A stretch of DNA of 64,000 nucleotides. Source: Patescibacteria group bacterium (lineage in GTDB: Bacteria > Patescibacteriota > Microgenomatia > UBA1400 > PJMF01). How positions within the stretch are numbered: the stretch's first letter is position 1; every line of letters starts with the position of its first letter. The DNA lies in contig BOKX01000001.1 of NCBI GenBank assembly GCA_016861205.1, forward strand, positions 136,539-200,538, given 5' to 3'. The notes under the pieces are model-generated. The model was given only the letters and a program-made list of their open reading frames with translations. It was not told the origin of the DNA and did not search any database. This document shows positions 32,135 through 42,345 of this stretch, piece after piece. Position numbers and translations under genes: made by a program.

Positions 32135-33449
32135 GTTTCGCCGCCGCTATGTGCTGAGGTTTGAGCAAGGTTAACCAACAGCACATGCTGGCTGGTAAAC
32201 CAAGTGCCCGAAATTGCTGATAGAGTTGCCGATCAGTTACCGACGCGGTTGATGACGATGACAAGCAGTTGTCACATTGGGTACAGCTGAACATTTTTGC
32301 AGGCTCGCCAAAGTAGTTCAGCACAAATTGGTGGCGACAGCGCTTGGTTCTGACATAACGTTGTAGTGCCTGCCAACTCGCCAACGCACCCGGATGTTCG
32401 GGATTGACCATGTTGGCTGAGATTTTCTCAGCTGGTCGATAGTCCAGTATTACACACTCTGCCGGTTGGCCGTCGCGACCAGCCCGACCGGCTTCTTGGT
32501 AGTACTCTTCGAGGCTGGTTGGCAAGTGAAAATGGATAACACAGCGCACATCAGCTTTATCAATCCCCATCCCAAAGGCGCTCGTGGCGACCAACACTTC
32601 CAGCTCACCAGCCACGAACTGGTCTTGCAGTCGCTGGCGAGTGTCTGCTGGCAAACCAGCATGATACGCAGCAACTCGCAGCGGTTGGCAACGTCGCTCT
32701 AAAAACTGAGCCAGCTGTTCGCCTCCACTTTGACTAGAGACATAAATAATGGCTGGCCACTGTCTTTTGGCTAACAACCAATAGGCAATCATGAACTCAC
32801 GCTGCCAGCTGGTTTGGCACCGGAAAATGTGCAGGTGTAAGTTGGTGCGTCTAAAACTGGTAAAAATGCGCCGTGGTGAGCGCAACTGCAGTGTGGACAC
32901 GATTTCATCCTGAACCCGTGGAGTGGCGGTGGCCGTGACGGCCATGATGGTTGGCCGGCGGGGTAGCTGCGTAATAAACTCGGCAATCTTTACGTAGGCA
33001 GGTCGAAAGTCGTGCCCCCACTGGGAGATACAGTGTGCTTCATCGACTGCCAGCAGCGGGATGTTCGCCGATTGGCAGGCCTGTAGCAAGCTCGTTTGGC
33101 CCAGACGTTCAGGAGCGACGTACACCAGCTGCCAGTGTCCTGCTGCCAACTGTGCGGTTCTCTCCGCTAGTTCTGCTGGACTGAGCGTGCTGTTTAGATA
33201 GGTGCTTCTGATCTGTCGGCGGGTCAGCTGTGCCACCTGATCTTGCATGAGGGAAATCAGCGGCGAGATAACTAAGGTGGTGCCACCTAAGATGAGGCTC
33301 GGGACCTGAAAACACACCGACTTTCCCCCACCGGTTGGCAGCACTGCTAGTGTATCCTGTCCCGCCAGGACACTCTGGATACTTTCCAGCTGGCCAGGGC
33401 GAAAACTGGAGTAGCCGTAGTACTTTTGGAGGATCGAAATCGGGTCCAT
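32064..33449 (-). CDS. recQ: RecQ family helicase (short)
   Basis: LPTGGGKS, VDEAHCISQWGHDFRP, QEAGRAGRDG, CR...CTQCDNC. Confidence 0.93.
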   Translation of the reverse strand: MDPISILQKYYGYSSFRPGQLESIQSVLAGQDTLAVLPTGGGKSVCFQVPSLILGGTTLVISPLISLMQDQVAQLTRRQIRSTYLNSTLSPAELAERTAQLAAGHWQLVYVAPERLGQTSLLQACQSANIPLLAVDEAHCISQWGHDFRPAYVKIAEFITQLPRRPTIMAVTATATPRVQDEIVSTLQLRSPRRIFTSFRRTNLHLHIFRCQTSWQREFMIAYWLLAKRQWPAIIYVSSQSGGEQLAQFLERRCQPLRVAAYHAGLPADTRQRLQDQFVAGELEVLVATSAFGMGIDKADVRCVIHFHLPTSLEEYYQEAGRAGRDGQPAECVILDYRPAEKISANMVNPEHPGALASWQALQRYVRTKRCRHQFVLNYFGEPAKMFSCTQCDNCLSSSSTASVTDRQLYQQFRALGLPASMCCWLTLLKPQHIAAAKLIPGIGQGWLENWWQKIQHLCAF

Positions 33450-33591
33450 ACTGTCAAGTTACACGCCAAACCTTGCTTTAGGCTTTAGCACCTACTTTGA
33501 TACTAAAAGACACAGAAAAGAGGCGAAGTATGAATTAGCAGACAAGATTGATCTCTGCTAATTTGATAAAAACCAAAATAGAATTGATTTA

Positions 33592-34794
33592 TCAATCTAA
33601 ATTGAGGTATTTTCTTGAGGAGAGCTTTTTAGGCAGCAAACTCGCGTCTCGAGGTGGATAAGGTTGATAACCCTGCCCGTACCCAAGCTTTTTCATAAAC
33701 TTGGTGGGTGCGTTGCGCAGTTCGAGCGGAATTGGCAGGTTGCCGTGTTTCTCAACATCTGCCAGGGCAGCAAAGTAGGCATCGTAAGCCGAGCGATTTT
33801 TCTTGGCCAAGCTCAAGTAGACCGCGCCATGAGCTAGGTTAATCTGGGCCTCAGGATAGCCAATCTTGGTGACGGCATCAAAAACTGCATTGGCGACCAC
33901 CAGAGCAGTGGGTTGAGCTACGCCGATGTCTTCACTGGCGAAGATGACCATTCGCCGAGCGATAAACTTGGGGTCTTCCCCAGCCGCCACCATGCGGGCT
34001 AAGTAGTACAAGGCCGCATCGGGGTTGGAAGCGCGCATCGATTTGATGAAAGCACTGATGGTGTTGTAGTGTTCTTCGCCGGTTTGATCGTAGCGCAAAT
34101 GTGGTGATTCGAGACTGGCTTGAAGATGCTCAAGGCTCAAGTCACCGTACAGTTGCCATGAGGTGTCGATGAGGGTCAACAACTGGCGGGCGTCGCCGTT
34201 GGCGAATTGGATGAGCCAAGAGCGAGTGGCCTCATCAACTGTGGCGGGCGCTGCATCGGTTGCAGGTTGTGTATCAGCGGCCAAAGCGGTGATGCTACGA
34301 TCGATCAGCGCGTTCAACCCTACTTCACTCAACGACTCCAGTACATAGACCCGAGAGCGTGATAACAAAGCTGGGATGACTTCAAAGCTGGGGTTTTCGG
34401 TGGTGGCGCCGATTAAAATGATGGTTCCCTGCTCTACAAAAGGGAGAAGGTAATCCTGCTGGGCTTTGTTGAAGCGGTGTATTTCGTCCAAGAACAAAAC
34501 GGGGGCGGTGGCAGTTGGTGATTGGGTGGTGTCAGCAATAATTTGTTTGACATCGGCTTTGCCGGCGCTGACGGCAGAGAGTTCGATGAACGGATGACCA
34601 GTTTGCGAAGCTAAGATGCGGGCCAAGGTAGTTTTGCCAACTCCCGGTGGTCCCCAAAAAATCATCGAAAAGAGTTGCTGGCGTTCCACTGCTAAGCGCA
34701 AAGGTTTGTCGGGGCCGATGAGGTGAGTTTGGCCGGCGACTTCATCCAAAGTTTGGGGGCGAAGTTGGACAGCCAACGGAGCGTGAGATGGCAT
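33592..34794 (-). CDS. rarA: Replication-associated recombination protein A
   Basis: [38 protein letters not shown]. Confidence 0.95.
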   Translation of the reverse strand: MPSHAPLAVQLRPQTLDEVAGQTHLIGPDKPLRLAVERQQLFSMIFWGPPGVGKTTLARILASQTGHPFIELSAVSAGKADVKQIIADTTQSPTATAPVLFLDEIHRFNKAQQDYLLPFVEQGTIILIGATTENPSFEVIPALLSRSRVYVLESLSEVGLNALIDRSITALAADTQPATDAAPATVDEATRSWLIQFANGDARQLLTLIDTSWQLYGDLSLEHLQASLESPHLRYDQTGEEHYNTISAFIKSMRASNPDAALYYLARMVAAGEDPKFIARRMVIFASEDIGVAQPTALVVANAVFDAVTKIGYPEAQINLAHGAVYLSLAKKNRSAYDAYFAALADVEKHGNLPIPLELRNAPTKFMKKLGYGQGYQPYPPRDASLLPKKLSSRKYLNLD

Positions 34795-34815
34795 GCCAAC
34801 AGTGTAGCAGTGAGC

Positions 34816-35805
34816 TTAGCTTTGGGAAAGATTTGGATTTTGGCTCAAAATCGCTCGAACCCGAGCTTTGCTGGTTTCCGTCACGGTCAGTTGGACGATG
34901 CCTTGGTCGGGTTGTCCATAAAAAATATGATGATTGAGAGGCAACAACAGCACCAGTGCTACCGCCGCTAGATCTTCTTCCCCATTAACTCGTAAGTGTT
35001 GGTTGAGGGTGGAGGTGGCGATAGATTTTTGGAGGGCGGCCACTAAGTGATGAGAAATGCTGCCGGGTGGGTTGTCGACGCGTTCAGTGACTGGTAGCTG
35101 GTCGATGACATCGGAAGTGACCGTTTGGCGAGCGCGTTTGTGGTCAAAGACCCCCAAATGATATGGCCAGCCATTCTCAATAAATGTTTCCAGACTGTTG
35201 TCCCCGACTACATAGCACTGCTCAGCTGCTGGTGGAGTGAAGTTGTGAAAAGGTGTCACGATTGGACCTTGTGGCTCGGCTAAAGCTCGGCGCTGGTCAC
35301 TCGTAAATGTCACATCTTGGTCCAAGGTTTTGACCCAGAGCCGACCTTCTCGGTCGATAGTGCCGGCTCGAATGCGGTCAGAGTGAATCTCGCCACCGGC
35401 TTCGTCTTTGACCATTGAGCACTGCAAAATCGGCAGCGGCTGAAACCCGCGTTCTTGACGGACTTTGTTGATTAGGTCCGCGCCGGGCTTGGTTTCATAC
35501 GTCACCCAGAGTGCGTCAACTTGGGAGTCATCCAAGGTGGGGCCGTAGGGATCAGTTAACTCAACCAACGTGACGTTGAGGTGATGTTGCTGGCAAAAGG
35601 TTTCGACCGCCTGCCACCGTGTAGCCATCGGTTCCAAACTTTCTGGGTAGGGCTTGTGACGAATGAGCGCGTCGCTGGTGATACCAATCAGTAGCCGGTC
35701 AGCCTGCTCAGCTGCCCGAAGTAAAAACTGGGCGTGACCAGCGTGAAAATGATCAAAGCTGCCGCCCATGCCGAAACAGTGAAACTTGGAAGAAGTGTCT
35801 GCCAT
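34816..35805 (-). CDS. Archaeal/eukaryote-type phosphopantetheine adenylyltransferase fused to DUF359 (GTP-dependent dephospho-CoA kinase-like)
   Basis: GGSFDHFHAGH, DPYGPT, IHSDRIR; C-terminal VGD, VDNPPGSIS, VNGEEDLA, YGQPDQG. Confidence 0.85.
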   Translation of the reverse strand: MADTSSKFHCFGMGGSFDHFHAGHAQFLLRAAEQADRLLIGITSDALIRHKPYPESLEPMATRWQAVETFCQQHHLNVTLVELTDPYGPTLDDSQVDALWVTYETKPGADLINKVRQERGFQPLPILQCSMVKDEAGGEIHSDRIRAGTIDREGRLWVKTLDQDVTFTSDQRRALAEPQGPIVTPFHNFTPPAAEQCYVVGDNSLETFIENGWPYHLGVFDHKRARQTVTSDVIDQLPVTERVDNPPGSISHHLVAALQKSIATSTLNQHLRVNGEEDLAAVALVLLLPLNHHIFYGQPDQGIVQLTVTETSKARVRAILSQNPNLSQS

Positions 35806-35821
35806 AGGTATTTTGTGGAAG

Positions 35822-36652
35822 TCACCGGTCAACTAACTGCCAGTGGTGCTTCAAGTGATTATAGATGATTAAACCATCTTTGGTTAGGCCTTGGATGGCG
35901 TCTGCCAAGTGTGGTGAGGCCTGTGTTGTCGCAGCAAGTTCCTCATGACTAGCTGGTTGGTTGGTGAGGTGTTTTAAAATTTGGCCGCGAACCTGACGGC
36001 GGGAGCCTTGAAACTTGGATTGCGGGGTGTGATGACGGCTGCGTCGGCTGGGATTTGGGACCACTGTTTTTAAGTACGTGCCGTAGTCCATGAGAGCTGA
36101 GTACCAGTGACGAGGTTGGTCGGTATCGAGCGTGCTAGCTATCAAGGGTAGGAGGTCTTGATCGCTGACTTGGTCTTGACCAGGAAAAAAGTGGTAGAGA
36201 TACACGGTGCGAATGTTGGTTTCGATCACTAAACTGGGTTGATTGAAAGCAAACGCGGCGATAGCCGCAGCGGTGTAAGGACCAACCCCAGGCAAACGCT
36301 GGAGGTCTTTTTCTGAAGTTGGCAGTTGACCACCAAACTCAGCCATGACCATCTGAGCCGCCCGCTGCAAATTGAGGCCACGGCGGTTGTAGCCCAGACC
36401 TTGCCAAGCCGTGATGACTTGGGCTGGCGAGGCAGCCGCCAAACGAGCCAGATCAGGAAACTGTTGCAACCAGTTGGCAAACTTGGGTTTGACGCGTTCG
36501 ACTTGGGTTTGTTGGAGCATCAGTTCCGAGACTAATACGTGATATGGATCAAAAGTAGTTCGCCATGGCAAGTCGTGTCGTCCGTGTTGCGCAAAAAAAG
36601 CCAGCACCCAGCGTTGGAAAGCCGGCGTGTTAGGGGCTGAGTTGGTTGACAT
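35822..36652 (-). CDS. mutY: A/G-specific adenine glycosylase (short, lacks the Fe-S cysteine cluster)
   Basis: LPWR, VSELMLQQTQV, WQGLGYNRR, LPGVGPYTA. Confidence 0.9.
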   Translation of the reverse strand: MSTNSAPNTPAFQRWVLAFFAQHGRHDLPWRTTFDPYHVLVSELMLQQTQVERVKPKFANWLQQFPDLARLAAASPAQVITAWQGLGYNRRGLNLQRAAQMVMAEFGGQLPTSEKDLQRLPGVGPYTAAAIAAFAFNQPSLVIETNIRTVYLYHFFPGQDQVSDQDLLPLIASTLDTDQPRHWYSALMDYGTYLKTVVPNPSRRSRHHTPQSKFQGSRRQVRGQILKHLTNQPASHEELAATTQASPHLADAIQGLTKDGLIIYNHLKHHWQLVDR

Positions 36653-37991
36653 ACTCAATGTAAGCCTCGACGTTAAATTTACGGTTGGCGCCTGCGGCGT
36701 TCATGTATCTGATGGCCCCAAAAATAGGTCGCTCCACCCAGGGCCGATCGTGAACACCACCGATCGACCAGGCGATGCCAGTGTATCCATTCGGGTCTCG
36801 GCCATCAAGCTCATACGTGTCGTTTAAGTAAATGGCGATTTTTAGGGCGTCGGCTGGAGTACGCGTCCACTCCAAGATTTTTTTGGCCCAGTACATGCGC
36901 AAGTATCCGTGCATTTTGCCGCGGCGCACCATCTCCAGCTGGGCGGCGTTCCAGAGTGGGTCATGTGTTTGAGCAGCTTCAAACTCGGCTAAGGTGTAGT
37001 GATACTCGCGAGCGTCGCGGAGGTGTTTTTGCAAGGTGGTTTGCCCCCACTTTGGGAACCCAGTCACACTATCATACTCTGGCTGATACAGGCAAAAGTT
37101 ATCGGCCAGTTCACGCCGGACCAGCAGTTCTTCCAAGAAAGCAGCCCGGTCTTTGGCCGGAGCCGAGCTAGCTTGAACCTTGAGCGCGACTTGCTGAGCA
37201 CTGAGCTGTCCGAAGTGCAAGTAGGGCGACAAATCAGACTGGCCAAAGCGATTGGGGTCGTTGCGATGTTCGTCATAGCCGGCCAGTTTGGAAGACACAA
37301 ACTGCGACAAAGCAATGGTGGCAGCTGCAGAGCCAGGTGTGAGCCAAGTAACTGGTTTGACCACGCGGTTGAGGTGAAGTTTAGCTGCTACTGCGGTCCA
37401 GTTGGTTTTTTTGGTGGCTGGCAGGTCTTTGGTGCGTGGTTGATGTGGCACCTTGGGAAACTGTGTTAGAAAAGTTGGCCACAGGCGATGTAGTTTGGGC
37501 CGGATAGTTCTGGCTGCAAACTCTAGTTTGTCAGAAGCCAGCCAGGCCGGGACCACGTTGTGGGCATCCACTTCAATGACTGGAATGCTGAGCCGCTCGG
37601 CAATAGTTTCCCGCCATTTGCGGCCAACTTTGAGTGGTGAAAAATCACACACTACCCCGCCTATTTTATGTTTTTTGACAAAGGCTGGTAGTACCTTATG
37701 CGCTTCACCGATCAGAAGATAAAAAGGGATGTGGAGTTTGGCTAGTTCTGCTTCAACTTCAGCCAACCCTTGCAGCATGAAGTCATACTGTCGCCAGGTG
37801 GCACCTAAAAATCCTGGGCTTAAGCAAAACACCACTCCAAAACTGACCCCATGAGTTTGGGCGTTCGCCGCGGTGTGCAGTAAAGCCCAGTTTTGCTCAA
37901 CCCGTTGGTCCCGAGACATCCAGTACACCCACGGTCCGGTTTGGTATGGGTACTGGTTGAGTGGTCGCTGGCGACGAGGGTCGAGAGGCAT
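36630..37991 (-). CDS. phrB: Class II CPD DNA photolyase
   Basis: YWMSRDQRVEQNWAL, LSPYLHFGQ, MHGYLRMYWAKKILEW, DGRDPNGY. Confidence 0.95.
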   Translation of the reverse strand: MPLDPRRQRPLNQYPYQTGPWVYWMSRDQRVEQNWALLHTAANAQTHGVSFGVVFCLSPGFLGATWRQYDFMLQGLAEVEAELAKLHIPFYLLIGEAHKVLPAFVKKHKIGGVVCDFSPLKVGRKWRETIAERLSIPVIEVDAHNVVPAWLASDKLEFAARTIRPKLHRLWPTFLTQFPKVPHQPRTKDLPATKKTNWTAVAAKLHLNRVVKPVTWLTPGSAAATIALSQFVSSKLAGYDEHRNDPNRFGQSDLSPYLHFGQLSAQQVALKVQASSAPAKDRAAFLEELLVRRELADNFCLYQPEYDSVTGFPKWGQTTLQKHLRDAREYHYTLAEFEAAQTHDPLWNAAQLEMVRRGKMHGYLRMYWAKKILEWTRTPADALKIAIYLNDTYELDGRDPNGYTGIAWSIGGVHDRPWVERPIFGAIRYMNAAGANRKFNVEAYIEYVNQLSP

Positions 37992-38131
37992 GGACTAAGT
38001 GTACACGCAAACAGTGAACTCTGATCAACCGTTTGGTGATTGCAAATCGGTACTGTGTTAACTATGGTACGCATATCGCAGGTTGTGTCATTTAAAATCT
38101 CTCACCCAGATATAGGCACTTTTCGTGAAAA

Positions 38132-38617
38132 ATGAGAAAACGCACTTGGACAGAAAACCAGCTCCGCACAGCAGCTAGTCAGGTTTTTAGCATCCGACAA
38201 CTCCTGACGAAGCTGGGCTTGCGTGAAGCAGGTGGTAATTACAAACAAATAAAACACTATTTGCAGTTGTACGGAATCGATACAGTACATTTTCGTGGTC
38301 GTGCATGGAACAAAGGTCTGACTGGCTGTGGTCAGCCCAGTGTTTCGCTCGAAAAAATACTAATTAAAGGTAGTCATTTTCAAAGTTTTAAGCTGAAGAA
38401 ACGTCTTTTCCAAGCGGGGCTAAAGTTACCAGTTTGTGAGTTATGTGGCTGGTCAGAAAAGGCAAAAGACGGTAGAATACCCGTTGAGCTGGACCACATC
38501 AATGGTCAGCCGACAGATAACCGACTTGAGAATTTGAGAGTTTTGTGCCCCAATTGCCATAGCCTGCAAGCTACACATCGGGGTAGGAACATTAAGAAAA
38601 AGTCGGCTCGGTGGTGA
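38132..38617 (+). CDS. HNH endonuclease
   Basis: CELC...LDHINGQPTDNRLENLRVLCPNCH; stop codon lies inside tRNA-Leu. Confidence 0.9.
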   Translation: MRKRTWTENQLRTAASQVFSIRQLLTKLGLREAGGNYKQIKHYLQLYGIDTVHFRGRAWNKGLTGCGQPSVSLEKILIKGSHFQSFKLKKRLFQAGLKLPVCELCGWSEKAKDGRIPVELDHINGQPTDNRLENLRVLCPNCHSLQATHRGRNIKKKSARW

Positions 38618-38688
38618 AATTGGTAGACACGCAGCACTTAAAATGCTGTGCTCTTACGAGCATGTGGGTTCGATTCCCGCCCGGGCCA
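38605..38688 (+). tRNA. tRNA-Leu(TAA)
   Basis: GGCTCGG...CAGCA-CT-TAA-AA-TGCTG...GTTCGATTC...CCGGGCCA. Confidence 0.93.
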
Positions 38689-38700
38689 CTACGAGGGAAA

Positions 38701-38895
38701 ATGGACATGTTTTTCGAGAGTTCACACTCCCACCAGGGACAGATCGATCCCCTGCCTCGTCGATCGCGATTCGAACCAACTGTTGAAGCCAAGAAACCAG
38801 AGCCGAGTATCGCCTGGTTTTTGTTGATGATGATTTTTGTAACTCCCATGATGTTTGAATTTATTGAGTCTCTTGGACCGGTTTTACAAAAATAA
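38701..38895 (+). CDS. Possible small membrane protein
   Basis: 64-aa ORF with one hydrophobic segment. Confidence 0.35.
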   Translation: MDMFFESSHSHQGQIDPLPRRSRFEPTVEAKKPEPSIAWFLLMMIFVTPMMFEFIESLGPVLQK

Positions 38896-38899
38896 GCCT

Positions 38900-40024
38900 A
38901 TGGTTAATCCAGAAACCTCACCACCTGCCGGTACAGTACTGCGGGTGACCGATTTTTTGACGGGGTTAAGCCTGCTGCAAAGTATTCAAGATTCCAAGAC
39001 GAAGAATTGGTCAAAAGTACCAGTGCCAATTATCGATGGCAAAGTTGCGTTGCAGCCTGGCCAACATTATGAAGTTCGGGTTAAACCTGACATGCGCCTG
39101 GCCCAAACAGGATTGGAGCCATTGTTTTGTCATTTGTTGCACATAGTAGTTCATGATGAAGGTGCCGAGATTGAAGGTAAAGAGCAAGCGGTTCCACGCT
39201 GGCGAAAGTTAGCCACGAGTTTACTTTTCCATGTTAACGGTTACCCAACTGACAAGCAGAAAGTTTGGTTGGGCTTAGATCCGCAGCACAACCAGCAAGC
39301 TTTTGGGCACAGTTTTGAGTTGGAGTATCTGGGCCATCCTGAAACGAGCTTGCGGGCGTTGTTTGAACAGCCATTTAGTGAAGAAGTTTTCTCATTATTT
39401 TCACAACTTGAACTGCCAGGTCGACCGCTTCGCGTGACTCGAAAAACCAAGGAACAGACTATTGAAAGAGGCATCAAACGAACTGTTTTGGTTGCTACAC
39501 CACTATTACATCGGCGTCTGTACAGAGAGCGAGGCGTTGATTTGAGTGGTGGTCACTATCCCCGACGGCGTAGTCAGTTGCCGAACTTCTCGTATGAAGC
39601 CGAGGTGGTTTTGTTCGCAGAGTTGGAAACCACAGTCATCCGAAAAACGACAGCTAAAGACTGGTCAGAGCTGCGTCAGCCACGCGACGTAAGTTTAAAT
39701 GTGGTCGCCCGTGATGAGCAAGGTGTGGTGCGCGTGTATAAAGCGATTGGGCCAGAGTTCCTGCGAGAGCAGTACTATACGGTCGGCGATGATGGTTTGC
39801 CAAAGCTCAAAAGTCGTCCTCGGCCTGAATCGTTGAAAGATGTTCTAGCGGCGATGGCTGATTTGGTTTATCAAGCAGAGTGGCCGCCCATTGATGACTT
39901 AACCAAACAAATTAAAGCTCGGGAAAGTTACAGCCAACTAGTTGAAGACACCTATGCCCGCTTGGCAAAGCGCCTGAGAAGCAAAAAGCGCACGCACGAG
40001 CTCAAGGGGAAGAAACTCAAGTAG
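38900..40024 (+). CDS. Hypothetical protein
   Basis: 374-aa ORF, no motif recognised. Confidence 0.7.
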   Translation: MVNPETSPPAGTVLRVTDFLTGLSLLQSIQDSKTKNWSKVPVPIIDGKVALQPGQHYEVRVKPDMRLAQTGLEPLFCHLLHIVVHDEGAEIEGKEQAVPRWRKLATSLLFHVNGYPTDKQKVWLGLDPQHNQQAFGHSFELEYLGHPETSLRALFEQPFSEEVFSLFSQLELPGRPLRVTRKTKEQTIERGIKRTVLVATPLLHRRLYRERGVDLSGGHYPRRRSQLPNFSYEAEVVLFAELETTVIRKTTAKDWSELRQPRDVSLNVVARDEQGVVRVYKAIGPEFLREQYYTVGDDGLPKLKSRPRPESLKDVLAAMADLVYQAEWPPIDDLTKQIKARESYSQLVEDTYARLAKRLRSKKRTHELKGKKLK

Positions 40025-40074
40025 TTGCAGTTCAACCAGTCTGGTACAATATAGCCTGGTTTTCATAGCCACTT

Positions 40075-40151
40075 CGGGGAATAGCTCAGATGGCTAGAGC
40101 GCACGCTTTGGGAGCGTGAGGCCGCAGGTTCGAGTCCTGTTTCCCCGACCA
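40075..40151 (+). tRNA. tRNA-Pro(TGG)
   Basis: CGGGGAA...CACGC-TT-TGG-GA-GCGTG...GTTCGAGTC...TTCCCCGACCA. Confidence 0.95.
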
Positions 40152-41677
40152 TTTAAGACAAGAGGGTGTTTGAGTAGGGTGTCGAAGGGTTCTTTTAGCC
40201 TGTACAGCGTTACTTTTTCTTCATCAATCCATAAGTTCAAGAAAATAATTCGCACAATTTGGTCTTTAACTTCTGGTGTTCCCGCTTTAATGGATAATCC
40301 AGCGTTTTTCGACAAGTTCAAGAAGTCTTCCAGCGTCAGTACGTCTTGCTCTAAGTCAGGCATGGCTTCCTTGAGTTTGTTGATATCTTCTTCAAGTTGA
40401 GCTTTTTGCTTGTCCAGTTCTTTGACTCTTTCCTCACCAATCTGTCTTACGGTAGAACCTTGTTCTTGGCTTAAGACTTGCAGAGCAACGTTGCGTAACT
40501 CCGTTGTAGTAACTTTGAGTAGACCTTGTTTTGAATGTAGTTCTGCCTCGAGTTTGGTTTTCTGTTTGGTCAGCACGTCAGTCATTTCTTGCAGGTAAAT
40601 TTGGTAATCTTTTTCGGTAAAGTTGAGTCCATCTTTGAGGAATTCATACAACCAATCAAGCACGACTTTGACTCTGACAGACTTCTTGGCTCGCCTGCAT
40701 CCAGTGGTTTCACACCTGAAATTAAGGTATCGTTTCCCACTGCCACCAGTTGAGGGACCAACGGTCATATTGCTGTCACAGAAAGAACACAGGACAAATG
40801 CCTTGAAGGGATAAAAAGTGTAGCGGTGGGTGTTAATTGGCATGAGTCGTGTACCAGATTGTGCCTGAATCTGGAAAAACTCTGCCTCACTTACCGCAGG
40901 TGCAAAGTCATACTTGGTTCGCAAATCAATCTGGTCATCTGCCTGTACCAATACTCCATAGTAAAAGGAATCACGAAAGATAATACTCAAGATTCGCTTG
41001 TCCATGTCCACTTTGCGACCAGTTGATTTAATCACACGGTGGTAGCCAAGAGCGTTGATGGTGTCAGCAATCTTCTCTAGCGACTCACCTTTGAGCTTCA
41101 TCTGCCAGGCTTCTTTAATCAGTTCATGGTTCTTGCCGTCAGGTTGATATCTGCCGAACTCATCAATAGTGTAACCATGTTTGGGGATATGGCTTCTGCC
41201 TTCACTGGCTTTTCTGACCATGCCACGAGTCACATCAGCCGAGAGCTTGTCGGAGTATTGTTTGGAGAGGACAAAGGCAAGTCCGAGCATCATCAAGCCA
41301 TTGGCATCCCGAGTAAAGTGGTGGGTGACAAACTTTAAGTCCTTGATGATGTCCTCATCAATCATGTCAATGACCTCACCACCTTCCTTCATGTTGCGAG
41401 CTAATCGGTCAGGGTTCCAGCACAGTATTCCATCGTATTTACCAGCTTGAATATCTTTGAGCATCTGCCGAAAAACAGGTCTTTTACCAGGTTTCTTGGC
41501 AGACTTCTGTTCAGTCAGTGGAGAGCCAACAACAGTCAAATTGAGGCGTTTGGCAAGCTGGAGGCACTCGGCAATTTGGTCAGGAATAGACCGAGCTTGA
41601 CGCTCAGGGTCATCGGTGGATTTGCGAGCGTAGAGGACATATTTGAGCTTGGTGTGGTCAACTTCATACTCCATCAC
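40094..41677 (-). CDS. Large serine recombinase/integrase
   Basis: YARKST catalytic Ser, DRLARN, recombinase domain, CSFC...C...C Zn ribbon, coiled coil; C-terminus reads antisense into tRNA-Pro. Confidence 0.93.
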   Translation of the reverse strand: MMEYEVDHTKLKYVLYARKSTDDPERQARSIPDQIAECLQLAKRLNLTVVGSPLTEQKSAKKPGKRPVFRQMLKDIQAGKYDGILCWNPDRLARNMKEGGEVIDMIDEDIIKDLKFVTHHFTRDANGLMMLGLAFVLSKQYSDKLSADVTRGMVRKASEGRSHIPKHGYTIDEFGRYQPDGKNHELIKEAWQMKLKGESLEKIADTINALGYHRVIKSTGRKVDMDKRILSIIFRDSFYYGVLVQADDQIDLRTKYDFAPAVSEAEFFQIQAQSGTRLMPINTHRYTFYPFKAFVLCSFCDSNMTVGPSTGGSGKRYLNFRCETTGCRRAKKSVRVKVVLDWLYEFLKDGLNFTEKDYQIYLQEMTDVLTKQKTKLEAELHSKQGLLKVTTTELRNVALQVLSQEQGSTVRQIGEERVKELDKQKAQLEEDINKLKEAMPDLEQDVLTLEDFLNLSKNAGLSIKAGTPEVKDQIVRIIFLNLWIDEEKVTLYRLKEPFDTLLKHPLVLNGRGNRTRTCGLTLPKRAL

Positions 41678-41889
41678 ACCAGATTATCCCACGAAAAAAC
41701 AAAAACAGGAGTACATACCACGCTTTTCCTGTACTCTAACCAGCCTCCCTTGACCCACTCTCTGCCACAGCAGGGGTGGCACAGTAACCACGAAAACCTA
41801 ACAAAACATAACACATTAAAGGAAGCCTATAACTACAAAAAAGAGTCGAGGGTGATGCCATCTGAGTCATACCGTTATATAATACCCAC

Positions 41890-42336
41890 ATGGGAATCAA
41901 TGAGCGAACTACAATCATCGATATCAGGTCTTCAAAATTTGAAGACATACTCACAATGTATCCTGCTGAATCCTTAAAGTTACTGTTTCGTGGTGTTAGA
42001 AATGATGACTCACCATCTGGTGGCAACTGGTGGTCTGAAGATGCCTATTATGCCTTGGGTTGTACTAATGACGACAGGCTTTATGTAACGGCAGTACCTG
42101 TGGGGTTAATCGCTGAACTTCAAGAAACCAACCAATTGACTAACGAGAGTGACCACGAAGGAAACAAATGGCAATTTAGAAGATTCAACTTACCTCACCG
42201 ACAGGTTAATGATGACGAGCTAACGCAATTACTTTCTCAAGCCCGCATAACTAAGTTAGGGGCAACCCGAGCCATAAAAACCAGATTCGGCACTCAAGCA
42301 AGAATTGATTTCTCAAGAGATGTTATATTGAAATGA
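41890..42336 (+). CDS. Hypothetical protein, possible ADP-ribosyltransferase-like fold
   Basis: LLFRG...NWWSEDAYYA pattern; ATG after TATAAT. Confidence 0.6.
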   Translation: MGINERTTIIDIRSSKFEDILTMYPAESLKLLFRGVRNDDSPSGGNWWSEDAYYALGCTNDDRLYVTAVPVGLIAELQETNQLTNESDHEGNKWQFRRFNLPHRQVNDDELTQLLSQARITKLGATRAIKTRFGTQARIDFSRDVILK

Positions 42337-42345
42337 ACTTTGTAT

